The notes beneath the pieces were generated by a model, which ran no database searches, had not been told where the DNA came from, and saw nothing but the letters and a program-made list of their open reading frames with translations. This document shows, piece by piece, positions 13,001-25,700 of a DNA stretch of 64,000 bases. Each line of letters begins with the position of its first letter. Position 1 is the first letter of the stretch. Source of the DNA: Balanoglossus misakiensis (Eukaryota > Animalia > Hemichordata); the NCBI GenBank assembly GCA_040954595.2, contig CM082581.2, forward strand, positions 9,854,999 to 9,918,998, written 5' to 3'. Position numbers and translations under genes: made by a program.

Positions 13001-15608
13001 AGGCTGTTTTGACTGTTAACGACTACCTGGCGGACACGTACGTACTACGCCTCTTTATTACGATGGAAATCCTTGCAAATACTTAAGCATAAGAGAGATT
13101 ATGGGAAATCCACGCATAACTAGAGATTGTGATTATTGCTGTCATTCTGTCAAGGGAAATAGCAATCAGTGTTCCGAAAGACTCAACTTAGATTTCCACG
13201 GGAGAGTCACGTGCGCATTGCTTTAACCTGAAACAATGTGCAAAGTGATTTTCTATTTGGACAGTATAAATTAGCCGTTATGGCTAAAATATTCGTCGAT
13301 GAACATGCTCAAGGAAGATTTTTAAGTCACAGTCCTTCTGCGATTTCTTAGAGTAAGGAACTACTTTTCTTCGCGCGTATGTAGATTTTCCTCTGTGATT
13401 TGTGACGTCCTGATAAGTTTCCTGTATTACTGCGCAATATGTGGTTCTGTTCACAATCATTTGTGTGCGATGTCGATGTCCGCATAAGAGTTACTTTTAC
13501 GTGCATGTAAGTCAGTCACGCCCAGACGAAACAAAATGACAAAAATAGGAATAATCAATAATTCACGTTTGATAAAATATTGAATCAACCACGAGCAGTT
13601 ATCCCGGATAATCGTTCGGTTGTACATCGTGATGTATTCGGTTGCACGCCACTGGCGTTTAGGCAATCCAAAGGCCCCGCGGGTACAGCATTTGACCCGA
13701 ATTTGTTGGTTTTATGTTCGCTAAATCACTTCTGCCCGAGCGAATTTAAACTCTTCTGCCTCCCTGGGAAAAAAAATGTCCTCATTTAACGATTGTCGTC
13801 ACGACGGAAATGTCACAATGGGCGCATCTAACTCGGTTTTAGGCCAGCGCTTCAAATTGACAGAGGCTTCTCTTTAAATCCCTTGATATCATACAGACAG
13901 ACTTCTGTTTGAGAAATGCATGGGCGAATCCAACCGTTGTAGCGTAAAGACGACATTTCATGAAACCTGTTTCCCGCCGGAAAGATTTGCGTCGCTTCTT
14001 GTAACTTTTTGATTTCCGTTTAAGAGCAACACCTGCCCAATAAAACACACAGCGACTCCATAAACATTGACTCGTATATCATTGAACACGTAGTCAGATT
14101 GGATTCTAGACTAAGGAACACCGTGCACATAGATCCCCTTTTAATAATATATTTTATTCACATCTTCAGATTTTCGAAAAGCTGTTACACTTTCTGAGCG
14201 GTGTGCAAATGTTTTTATTTCTGCCACTAAGCCAATTGTAAAAATACGTGGTAGTCAAAAAAACTCCCAGCACAAATGAGATGAATATGACAAAATCACC
14301 AGGTCAATGTGCTTCTCTGAAATGATAACATAAAGTCCCGCCAGCCCGTTCTTCAAGACAAGGTACAGCTGAAATCCGCATTAGAAAGAAGTAATTTTAC
14401 AAATGTTAATATCTAGAGATAAACTTTTAATATATCATTCACAAAACAGCTGCTGTAAAAGTTCTGATATTAAGATAGAGTCAAAAATATATATCAATCT
14501 GTATGTGTTCTTCATTCGCCTCTATTTTAGATGTAAACGTTGATTGAAGCTTACGCCTTTTCTAAATAACACGTCGATTGCAATGCTAAAACAATCTTGT
14601 ATGACTTTTCTGAGATAATAATCGTATTAATAAGAAAGTCCAATAATAACACTATAAGTAAAGTTGATCAATTAGGTATATCAGGGCACGTTCAAATTAT
14701 TCATTACATGTACAATCCTACAATCACAAATAATGTAAAAACAAACATGTCAAATGTGCGTATGTCGCCTGACTGTAACTCCGGGATCATTTATGTCAGA
14801 CCCCTCTCCGAGAGGCGCGTGAGCTTGCATTTGTTCAGAACGGCTGCAAGCGGATGACGAGTATTCGGCGCAGCGGAAAAAAACATCAACACGAACAATT
14901 CATTTTTAAAACTTTGCCGGGAGCCGCGTAGCTGCATAGGGCACACATATGTAGAGTTCATGATCTAAAAAATTGGAGACGGAATTAAAGCTGTAGCCGG
15001 GATGACATCTCGCAATCAAAACTGTAAGTTTCATTGGTCCTTCACGGGCAACATGTTGTGATGAACGCCAATTTGGGAATTAGTCATAGCAGGAGCTTGC
15101 AGGCGAGCATTAATGATTAAGCTTGCTTGGCAAAGTGGATTATTTAAATGCGATGTTAGCTACCATTAACGAAAACAAATAAATTGGTAAAATGATAGAT
15201 TAGACATCGATTTCGTAAATTACACTCGCGTCGTTATTTACGATGAGTTCATTAATCATGTAAAGATTTTATTTGCTTGGAGAATCAATTCCCTATTGTT
15301 AGATTGCTGTTATCATTCTGTTTATTACATGTGGTTTGTTCGCTAGCATTTACTTTCAATTCCGTTGAAGGGTGAGGGGGCGTTTACTTCCGAATCCTTC
15401 TTTCAAATTAAAATCTTGCGAGAGGAATTCGGCATTTCATCGTTTCTTGGGTCCGATTATTTTCACTTAAATTCTGGAGAAATGTTAAACTAATCGTTAG
15501 GGGATTATTGTAATAGTTTTACCCTGATAAACCTTAATGCGTTCAGCTGCATCTATTTTTACGTGTAAAAACCATCGCAATGTTGCTCGGTGACGTAAAT
15601 ATATACTT

Positions 15609-18600
15609 TTATTGCACAGTGCTGCGCTGTGTGGCCGAGGAGTTGACCTGAGAGACGAATCGAATGCGAGCGTTTTCTTCATTCACATAGTGCACCGCAT
15701 ACAGCTTGGGCACGTAGAGACAGACCAGTGTGACGTAGGCGTTCAGGAGCGTGGCGAAGGAGATGATGGCCACTTTGAACGTGGAATCTTTGACTGTGTT
15801 GTAGGTCGGTATGAAGGCCAGCCACACCACCAGGGTGGTGTAGACGCTGAGGGCGATGAAGCGCGACTCGTTGTAGTTGTCCGGCACGCGGCGCGCCTTG
15901 AAAGCGAAGAAGCAGCACAGGACGATCAGGAGCAGATTGTAGCCCACAGAGGTGCTCACTTCGGTTCCCCCGATGTTACAGCTTAGTTCCACTCGCTTCT
16001 CTGTCTGGATGGGCATCTCCAGCGTGGCATCCGGTGGAACGATAATAGCCCATATGCCGCTTATAAACACCTGACAATAGGAGAGCGAAAAGACAGACAG
16101 ACTTAAGTGAGTTAATATTGGCGAATATTATGTTGATGACAAAACATTTGGCAGGCGGCTCGTTGATATATGAGATGGCTAACCCTAAGGGCGCTTAATC
16201 ATGATAGCAAATAACGAAAAAATATCACATTAGATTAAAACACGAAAAACCGGCTCATCCGTAAAAAATAGACCCTGGAGCTTTCGCTCAAGGGTCTATG
16301 TTATGGATCCCATGAGAACATCGGTGTCTGAACAAGTAATAAACAGAACAAGAAACTATCAGAGGGTGAAAGACAATACAATCAGGCTTTGAATGTAATC
16401 GGGCAAATTAAGTGAAACCTTAGTGTTTTTCTCTCTCAGATTGGATGTTCTTTGGGACGTATCAATCTAAGTAACATCATTTGTAATCCAAAACCAATTT
16501 CTAATCAGAATCTTGCCATATTAAAGTACATATTCGTGAATCAACGAAATTCAATCATTCCCTTCTCTTGTCCCCTCATCGTAATTGGCATAATCGTGTA
16601 AGGGATCTTACATTCTGAAACACATGCTCTTATAGCAGAGTTAAGAGGTTGTCAACAGTGACGTTTGTAACAACTGCAATTTATAGTCAAAACTTTTGGA
16701 CAACTGATTAACCTAATGAAAGGTTTCTATCTTAAGTGAAAAGTCTTTATAGCAAACGTTCGTAATGTTTTACCACGCTATTCTAGTCTGTTGTCGAGGT
16801 CAGAATGTGAAAAGGTCGGCTTTGAAGGCCAGGCAAAATGCAGAGATGGGCTTGTACTTTTCATGAGTATGAATTAATCGCCGGTGTTATTGCCATACAC
16901 TTTGATCTGCACCAAATTTAAATCAATATAGACGTCTTAACAGGCGTCAGCGCAAATTATTTCATGATGGTTTTTTGAAGTGAAATCAACCGTGAGGCAA
17001 GATTACTCTGGGTTCATGGAATTGGATCGGGGGAAAATGAGAAAATAATATTGGCGTTAATCACTATTTTGTGCAGCCAGTTGCGATGCAAATGGTCTAC
17101 GATTCCTACTGGAGTTGTGACCTGGAATTGAGTGAGTGAGTGAGTGAGTGAGTGAGTGAGTGAGTGAGTGAGTGAGTGAGTGGATAGATGGATGGAAGGA
17201 TGGATGGATGGATGGATGGATGGATGGTTGGTTGGTTGGTTGGTTGGTTGGTTGGTTGGTTGGTTGGTTGGTTGCATATGAGTGAGTGAGTGAGTGAGTG
17301 AGTGAGTGAGTGAGTGAGTGAGTGAGTGAGTGGATAGATGGATGGAAGGATGGATGGATGGATGGATGGATGGTTGGTTGGTTGGTTGGTTGGTTGGTTG
17401 GTTGCATATGAGTGAGTGAGTGAGTGAGTGAGTGAGTGAGTGAGTGAGTGAGTGAGTGAGTGAGTGAATGAATGAATGAATGAATGTATGAATGAATGAA
17501 TGAATGAATGAATGAATGAATGAATGAATGAATGAATGAATAAATGAATGAATGATCTATTGCTGCCTGATATGGTCCCTAATTGACATGTTTTCTGCTC
17601 AGTGAAAGTTGAGAAAGAAAGGTGCAATACACGCACGAGTGACGACGGTCGTTATATTCAAAGTCTTGACAAGGGCGCTTATAAGTGATTATTGAGAATT
17701 ATTGCAGACGATTATTCCGCTCACCTGAACAGAGAGTATGATAGTTGTGATGGCGATTTGTGACGCTGGGCCGGTCATACCTGGGCGTTTTGTCGACTTC
17801 TTGCCCGCTGTGAAGATGCGGTATATCCGTACCACCTTGGTGAGCATGGGCGCGTACGTCATCGTGAAGCAGAGCATGAGCCCCAGCCGGACCATGACAC
17901 ACGTCGCCAGCGTGGGTTTGGCGATGAAGTCGAAGACCATGACGAAGGAGAAAGTGACGCCGAACAGCATGATGAAGCTGAGTTCGCGACTGGATGCTTT
18001 GATCAGGGGCTTGTTGCGGTGTACGATGTAGCCCACCACGGTGATGGTGGAGAGGACCAGCCCCGTGAAGGCGATGACCACCAGGGTGACGGCCACGGGG
18101 TCGTGCCATCGGATGTAAGTCGGCGGGATCGGTTCGCAGTCGGTGAAGTCTTCGTTCGGCCAGAAGAAAATCTGGCACGGTTGGCATTTCGTGTTGTTGA
18201 TGACCGGTATTTCGTTGTTCCTGCACTGGAAGCAGTCCCAGCAGCACACGTCACCGTGCGGGATGACAATATGACCGCTCGGGCAGGGCTCGCTGCAAAT
18301 CGACCTGGGTACCGCAGCGCCTGCCCCCTCGACCGCCACGCCCCACGTTACCTTGTCGTCATCCATGTCCAGCTTTTCGCCCTCGGCAAGGGAGTCCCAC
18401 ATAGCCACCGTGACCCTCTTGTACTCCCCGCCGACTTTCTGCAAGTTCTTCACCACGTACTTGCCCAACAGGTCCCCGTTCTCGTCGAACTGCACCGGCC
18501 CCCGCGTTCCCTCGAAACTGGCGTTGCGCAGATACGGCAACAGTACCTGGCCGTCGGCGTCATAGAATTCATCGCACGCGCCTACGCCAGCCCCGCAGAG

Positions 18601-19773
18601 TTTAACTCTCATCGCCTCCAGCGCATAGCCGTAAACATAAACTGCGTCTATAACCGCAGATATGCCCATGTAAGCACTAAAGCCACCAACTTGTTGTTGA
18701 CAGGTGCTGCAATTTATGTATCGCTCCCAGTATTCAACTAGCCAGGGATTTTCACTGTTTCCTGGAGTAACGTTTTTAAAGTAACTTTCATAACTTAACG
18801 ACTCTGTGTTAAACTGTTCAACGAAAAATCCTCCTTTCCCAACCTCGCCATTTCCGTAGGCGGCTAGATCGTAAACGCCGTCGCTTCCGATCCAGATAAA
18901 CGAGTTAGTGGCGTTCGCTCTTCTCACGGCGTCGAATACTCGGTTCGCCATGTAAACGACAGAAAATATGATTACCGCCTTCGAATTCGGGTACTCTAGC
19001 AGTTTGGACACGATATTATCTAGCTGTTCTTCGGTGGCGAAACGCGAGACTTCTTCGGCGGCCGCGATGCAGATGCCGTACATGGCAGCCTGGCGTTTTA
19101 TCTCTTTGGCGCCGTACTTGCCGTAAGAGCCGTCCGAATTGACCAGCGATATGTAAGACCAGTTGAAGTGGCGGACAATGTCGAGCATAACGCTCACCTG
19201 CAGACGGTCGGGAGGCACGGCGCGCAGGTAGAACGGAAACGCCGACTTGTCGCTCAGTTCGTCACTCGTGGCCATGTACGTGATCTGGGGCATGTGGTGC
19301 AACCCGAAGACCCTACTGACGGCGGCGGAGACGGAGCTGCGCCTCGGTCCGACGACGCCCTTCAGCTTCTGACGGTCGCTATCGCCGCCTTCGCACAGCG
19401 CGCTTCTGGTGATGTTCTGCAGCAGAGCTAGCGTGGCGGCCAGCGTCACGTCTTCGGACACGCAGCTATCGTAGATCTCGTAGCCGATGTCGACACCGGG
19501 CAGGATGCTGCTCCTCCCGTTGATCTCCGCGATGGTGAAAACCATGGCCTCGACTCGGTGCAGCACCGACACCGAGTCCAGCTGGACACACTCTCGGTTC
19601 GCATCGAAAAGATGCAGATTCAAAAGCCCGCCCAAAATGATGTCCCCCTGCTTGGAGTACTTGGTGTCGGTCAGGTGTGGTACGTGGTTGCCGACGACAG
19701 AACCGGCAGACAAAACAAGTACAATAGCAGAAACACCGTGTAGAATTCTTCCCAGCGAACGCGTGGCATACAT
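15609..19773 (-). CDS. Metabotropic glutamate receptor-like class C GPCR, about 836 aa; coding exons 19773-17725 and 16070-15609
   Basis: Signal peptide; Venus flytrap domain ([59 protein letters not shown]); cysteine-rich domain (RSICSEPC...CCWDCFQC); 7TM ([42 protein letters not shown]). Donor CAG|gtgagc at 17725, acceptor ttgtcag at 16070, phase 0. Confidence 0.94.
17129..17553. repeat. Compound tetranucleotide microsatellite (GAGT)n-(GGAT)n-(GGTT)n, duplicated as a block, followed by (GAAT)n; lies in the GPCR intron
   Basis: Read directly from the sequence. Confidence 0.97.
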
Positions 19774-22700
19774 GTTGGCGATCCAGCGGTGCTGTTGACG
19801 TATGATCCCAGCCTCTGCTATAACATGATGTTAAATACTCTCTCCGATTTTACAGAGGAGGAGAAAAATATGCGACAATTAAATAAACATGGAGATGAGA
19901 CACCCTCTCGAAGGAGATTGGATGGTTTCAAATTATGTAGCCGTGGAGCCAGTTTCCATTGACGACGCGCGCTTATGAAAATTCTGCCTCCAAGTGAACG
20001 GCAAATCATCTGGCCTGGCACTACTTTGGAGCGTTAACTAAACAACGAGCAACGAGGAAACCGCATCACTTCTTGGTCTTGTCCTATTTGAAATAATGAA
20101 AGTCCGCGTCACTCTCGATAATCATCTCCTACGAAAAACGGTGACCCGTTCAATTGGCGAATATTGCATAATGGTAAACTAACGCATCAATTTAGCATTA
20201 TATTAAACGCTAACTGGTGACAACGTCACGTGATTATACACTCCAGTTGCATGTGTATACGCTCATTCAACACGTGTTTGCGACTAAAAGAATCGACTCT
20301 CTTTACAGAAAATCCCAATTCTGCGCCGAGAAGCCCTTGCAATTGTATGAACTCATCAGTAGGAATTTTTCATTCCACCCCAATTGCAAATCATATCTCG
20401 CCCATAGGTTTGAAGGCTTCCTATATACTTACATGTATATACAAGGAGTAGCCAGCCCTCTTCGCGTCAACAAGTAACTATACAGTCTTTCCGCGATGTT
20501 AAAGCAGAGACTATGATTGACAGAGTACAGAGCTTTCAGGTTTCACGCGTATAGATCTGCAGATTGGCAGGATTGTTCACAAGACACGATTAGATTTGTG
20601 ACATTCTACACAAGTAAAACAAAGACAAGCCAAGAAGAGATGAAACTATGGGCTCCTGTCACCTTGATTATGTTCGTCTTTAAAGTTTGGCACGTTCGAT
20701 CTGTGTTGCAGCTTGATTGAGATACGAGATCCCTTATATCGTATCGGCGCTGTTCCGCGCCCTTGAAAGGGTCGGAGCAGAAAGAGTAAAAGTATAGATA
20801 CGGAATTGTCCCACCCGGATGTTGAATTCAATGTTTGTTTCTTTCCGTGCAAACACGCATATATATATTTTGAGAAGTCAGTGACATTTAAGCAATCTTG
20901 AGGGTGAACTCGGAGTTTTTCCTTTCACAGGCGAATATTGCGAATGAGTTTTAGAGAAACGCCTTTGTGTTGCCACAGCCCATTTTCATCGGCGCATTTT
21001 CGTTTCACAATAGTAGACTTCCATGTAGTTGAACCCGCTGCCAAGATGCCACAATTGATCTGCTGCTCATATCCGTGATCCAACGCCCGCCGTTTTATGC
21101 ACGGATGAGTCAGATCAAAACACAACCCCTTTTACCGAAGCTTCCAATACTTTCTCACAAAACGCGTTCCTAAGTGGCATACACTCCCCAAGGCGACAAA
21201 CAATCGACACTATAAAAACACATATCGCTGAAAGTCGAAGACACGGAAATTAAAACTTAAAAGAAATAGCAGATGGATATATATTCGCGGATGGTCGGCT
21301 TTGAATACAATATCTAGCCGAGTCACCCCCAAGAGCTCTATAGCCAGCTATATACAGCGACGCAGATGGCAATATAACTGTGTCAAGGAGATTTTCCGCC
21401 CAAGAATTTTTCCATCCACGTCCATCTTCTCCCCTCGTGAATAGTTCATGCATGTTTACGCAGAAAATTCGGTCTCGCGGAATTCGTTTGAACCACGCAG
21501 ACGAGATTAAATTAATTCAGCTTTTTTATGACCAGGTGTTCGCAATTACCCTTAGTCTCCGCCCGGGTATTTGTTACGTGTGCATGGCTGCATGATGTGC
21601 GGAGAGAGAACGGTATTTATCATCTTGCAGGGCACTTACTTAGCGACTACTTTTTGTAACGGGATTTTAGTTGTACAAGACCAAGAGGTCATTTGGGATT
21701 TACAGTGCACCTAACTTTCAGAATCCGTTCCTCCACTTGAACAGTCTGGCCCGAGGCGTTTTCGAGAATACAAAAATGCGATAGACTTGTCAATCAAAAC
21801 ACGATCAAAGCCGGTAAGGGCAGGTGTACTTGAAGGAGCGTGTATGTATGTATATATGTACGCATGTATTTTTGTATATATCTACCTATGTGCGGATGCC
21901 GCATGTTGGTTAGCTTCTTTGTTTGATTTCCTGGCGCTGCAATATTTAATGATAGAAAAGTGGTGTTTTGCCTCTGAAGGTTTTGTGAAATGTCCTCACC
22001 CCAGCGGTCACATTTCTGCTAAAATTACTCGTAGAATGAAACGCCGCTTTCATCTCACTATTTGGTTCTGGGTCCTGGACGATAATGTTTGATGATCAGG
22101 GCTTTTTTCCCCATTTAAAACAGCAAAGCTCTCCGGAGTCTGATATAGAGCCACGCGGCTTTCTTGACTCCATTGTAGAAATGTGAAGTAATAAGCGAAA
22201 ATGGTCGACTAGGGAGACGTAATTGAGATTTCTCAGTATTGAATGCGTTCACTGAATAGTAAGGGTCCTTCTGAACTTTAGGCAATACTTAGTTGATGTA
22301 ACTAAAGAGAGGAGAACTAATTATGGGCAAAAAGGGGGAAATTGTGAATGTTACATTTCACAGACACCGTCCTCGGATTACGGAGACTATATGCACTGTG
22401 TTGGTTAATGATAGCAGTTTACTTTTGAAGCCGACTCACATGATGCCGAACCAACAAAAAGGGAGATTTATGCCTACTGGTGTTGCAAGAATGAAGCAGC
22501 ATACTTGAAAGACCTTTAGTTGTTGCAACTGCTTTGGTGCGGCCAAATTTCAAGAAATGTTACAGGTGTAAAAGCGGTATTCAGGTTTCTTAAAGGCTAA
22601 CAGACCAGGTTGGTCGAGCGGTTGTTGATCAGATCAGAAATTGAAAGTTTTAGTTTGAGAAAGGTGAATATTGAAATTCACAGTGTATTCGTGAGCATAA

Positions 22701-25700
22701 GGTTTGTACAAAATGTGCAGCTACCATAATATTTCTGAATGCGTTACTCGACACGGATTAATTTTTTAAATATTTAATAATGTACGTTGCCTAATATACT
22801 GTGATTACTCAAGCAGAGCGGAGCGAAAAAAATGTCGAAGGAAATTGAAGCTTATACGTTAGAAACTTAATCATCCGTAAATGTTGCATAATGACAGGTA
22901 TTCTATGCTTGATATATGACACGTGTCTGTCGGATATTCATTTTGAATCATACCATATTTCAAAGGGTTCAAACAACGCTGCCGTGTTCGTAAAAAATAG
23001 TCTTTAAATTGCCAGTGAAAATTTATCAAAGCCATCGAATAGGAACGGTCACATCTTGTTATTTCATTCAGGCGATGTGTTGCGCTCAATACCGTACATG
23101 GCCAACAATGAACAGACTCTTCCGTTTGCGTCTCATATAGTAAAATATCACAAAGACCGCAAATTACTTCAGAATGAAATTACACCGCTAATTAGACTAT
23201 TAGAAGGAGTAGCCTCTTGGGAATTCTTTTCTCCTCGTCGATGCATGCATTACAAATTGCGACAGTAATTGGCACAGCCCGCGTTTCAACCCGAAACGGA
23301 TGTAGTGCGAAGTTCTGGAAACTTTTAAAAAAATCCTTCATTGGAAAGTAGTTTTATCTATTATGCCGCATGGAGGATATTACCAGCAAATAGTTCAATT
23401 AACACTTCTCTAAGACATTACTTCTCAAGTGAGAAAAAACGCGGGTATAGTTGTGGATGATTTGTGAACTTTTTGTGACGTTATAAATAGTGTTGAGGCA
23501 CATCTTGTGTGATATCTTTGATTGTTAATCACTTGGGCTCGTGTGTCAGAGATTTAACAGTTCTCGTGCAAATGATGAAAATCTAAATATCTCATTGAAA
23601 ATAATCTTCCGTTCGTTGGGCCATTCTGCTCTTTTCCTTACGTTCATTTATTTGTCTTCCGTTTCCTGAAGTGGGATAGCCAAGGCAGAGTGCCCTCTCC
23701 TAATTTTACAGTTAACGTCAACACTCTAAAACTAGTTCCTGTTTTGCGCCGCCGTAGGGATTTTTGTCAAAAGAAGCGCCCAATTATAGAGGAAGGGTGT
23801 ACATCGACGGCAAGAAATCTAATTTTTGTTGTGATTTATCGTCATTTCCTATTTCCATGGTAACGAGATATTTCAAATCCTGGGAACAGAAGAAGAAACG
23901 TGGCGCACTGATATCAACTGTACTAATGAGCAGTCAAGTTTGTTCGCTATTTATATTTGTATTTCTTGTCAGCGGAGTTTTCAAAGATTTTTTTTTTAAT
24001 CAAGCAATTTGATGACGATTTGATGAGCGTATGACGATGACGCGGGTGTGGTCACAAATCATGATCTCCCGTAATGGTGCAGAATAATGCCAGGAGTGTA
24101 CACAACTCTCGGCTTTTGTTCACGAGTAAAAACGAGTATTTAGTATTCAGCCAACGTGGTCTAAAACGGATGGATTAGTATACGTGTCAATGCACTCGGG
24201 AGAACTCCCCCAGGAACGAAACCAGATAGTGTGGGGGGAAATACAGAACTCATCCATCAGTGTTAGCACAGGTTAAAGACGTTCATGAACCTTTCAACAC
24301 AATAAGGACTGCACATAGACAACATGCACACGGAAGAACATAACTTGCGCACTGGGGCTTATTTGCAGCCACATTTGATCGTATCGCACACCAAAACGTC
24401 ACAGCCGTTTGCATGCGAAAATAGTGTTGTGTCGTTGTACCGTTTTTACCGATATACCTTCTCTGAGTAATTGGCTCAGGTTCTTACATTATAGTTCTTC
24501 AAGCTGGAATTTTTGCAAACATCACTTCAAGTAAACTTTGTTCTTTGATAAATAATAATTGAAATGACGCAAATCTGGGAAGATTTCCCTATAGTGCGAG
24601 GTAACTGGTGTATCATGAAAGAAATTATATCAGAACTTTCGTCATATTTAGTTATGCAATGTTGATACTAATGGATCGATGTATTAAATTGGTGGTCCCG
24701 CTAAGTAGTGGAAAATTAAACTGAAACCCCGTTATTGGATAAACGTCAATTATAGAAATCTGGTGAGACAAATACCTTTTTGAAGCTACTATAATAAGGC
24801 TACAGTGTCATATTGTGCGTGCTTAAAATGTAATAATTACGGTACGCTATGGTCGTTGTGTTCGGCTGTAAGACCACGAACTGTAAAATTTAAGTGCATA
24901 ATTATATCCCCACAGTTAAAGGGGAAAGCTCGAGGGTAATATGGTAACACTTTCCAAATCTAACAAGAACCAGTGACGTGCGTCTTTGCATGTTGACTGT
25001 ACACGTCAACTATAGCTTGTGCGCGTTGTCAAATTGTGTTCACCTTTTTCTTGCGTCTCGAAGTGCATTGAGCGTATGTGCACCATCGACTGCATGTTCG
25101 GGTAGATGTCTTTAAGACCTGTGAGATATTATTGTTGACACTACATTTTAGCTGGCGAACGTCACTGCTGACACTAACTGCGGGTATTAACCTGTTTCGG
25201 CTGACATAGCCAATAAACACTAACAAGCTCCGAAAATGTCATATGGAGCGGCACAATTGCAAATGAGTATCTAAAACACCGAAAAGGGATCGGATAAAAC
25301 ATCTGAAAATGCAAACAGCTCATCTAATTGAAAACGATGCATATGAGGGAAAGATCGACTGATTTTGGTGTTGGCGATGAATCTGATATACCGCTCACAA
25401 CTTTCATTCTTTCAGAATCAATCAACGTCTGGCGTGTCGACAGTAAATGTCAAAGCGTACGCCTACTTCACCATTCTAGATTAATGTTTTGCGCAAAACA
25501 CGGATAGTTCGACCATTGTTGCTATACAGGTACCTCGCTTCCATTAGGTGGTAATTTGTTCAACTTGATATTACACACCAGTCCAATATGGTGCGCGTTA
25601 CAGCAATGGAAACTCAAACAATCGCCGGGTTATGCGTACTTTCACCAATAAAGCTTTCCCACTCGAACATTCAAAAACACTTGGAATCATCAGTTCGTGC

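Noticed and set aside
17014-17636. THSL/PSIH/PTNQ repeat ORFs
   Set aside because: These are translations of tetranucleotide microsatellites inside the GPCR intron.
18019-18741. 240-aa ORF antisense to the GPCR, and other overlapping ORFs
   Set aside because: Expected shadow ORFs of a GC3-rich coding exon, with no recognisable domain.
25640-25700. Hammerhead ribozyme core (CTGATGA...GAAA on the minus strand)
   Set aside because: Stems I-III could not be formed convincingly.
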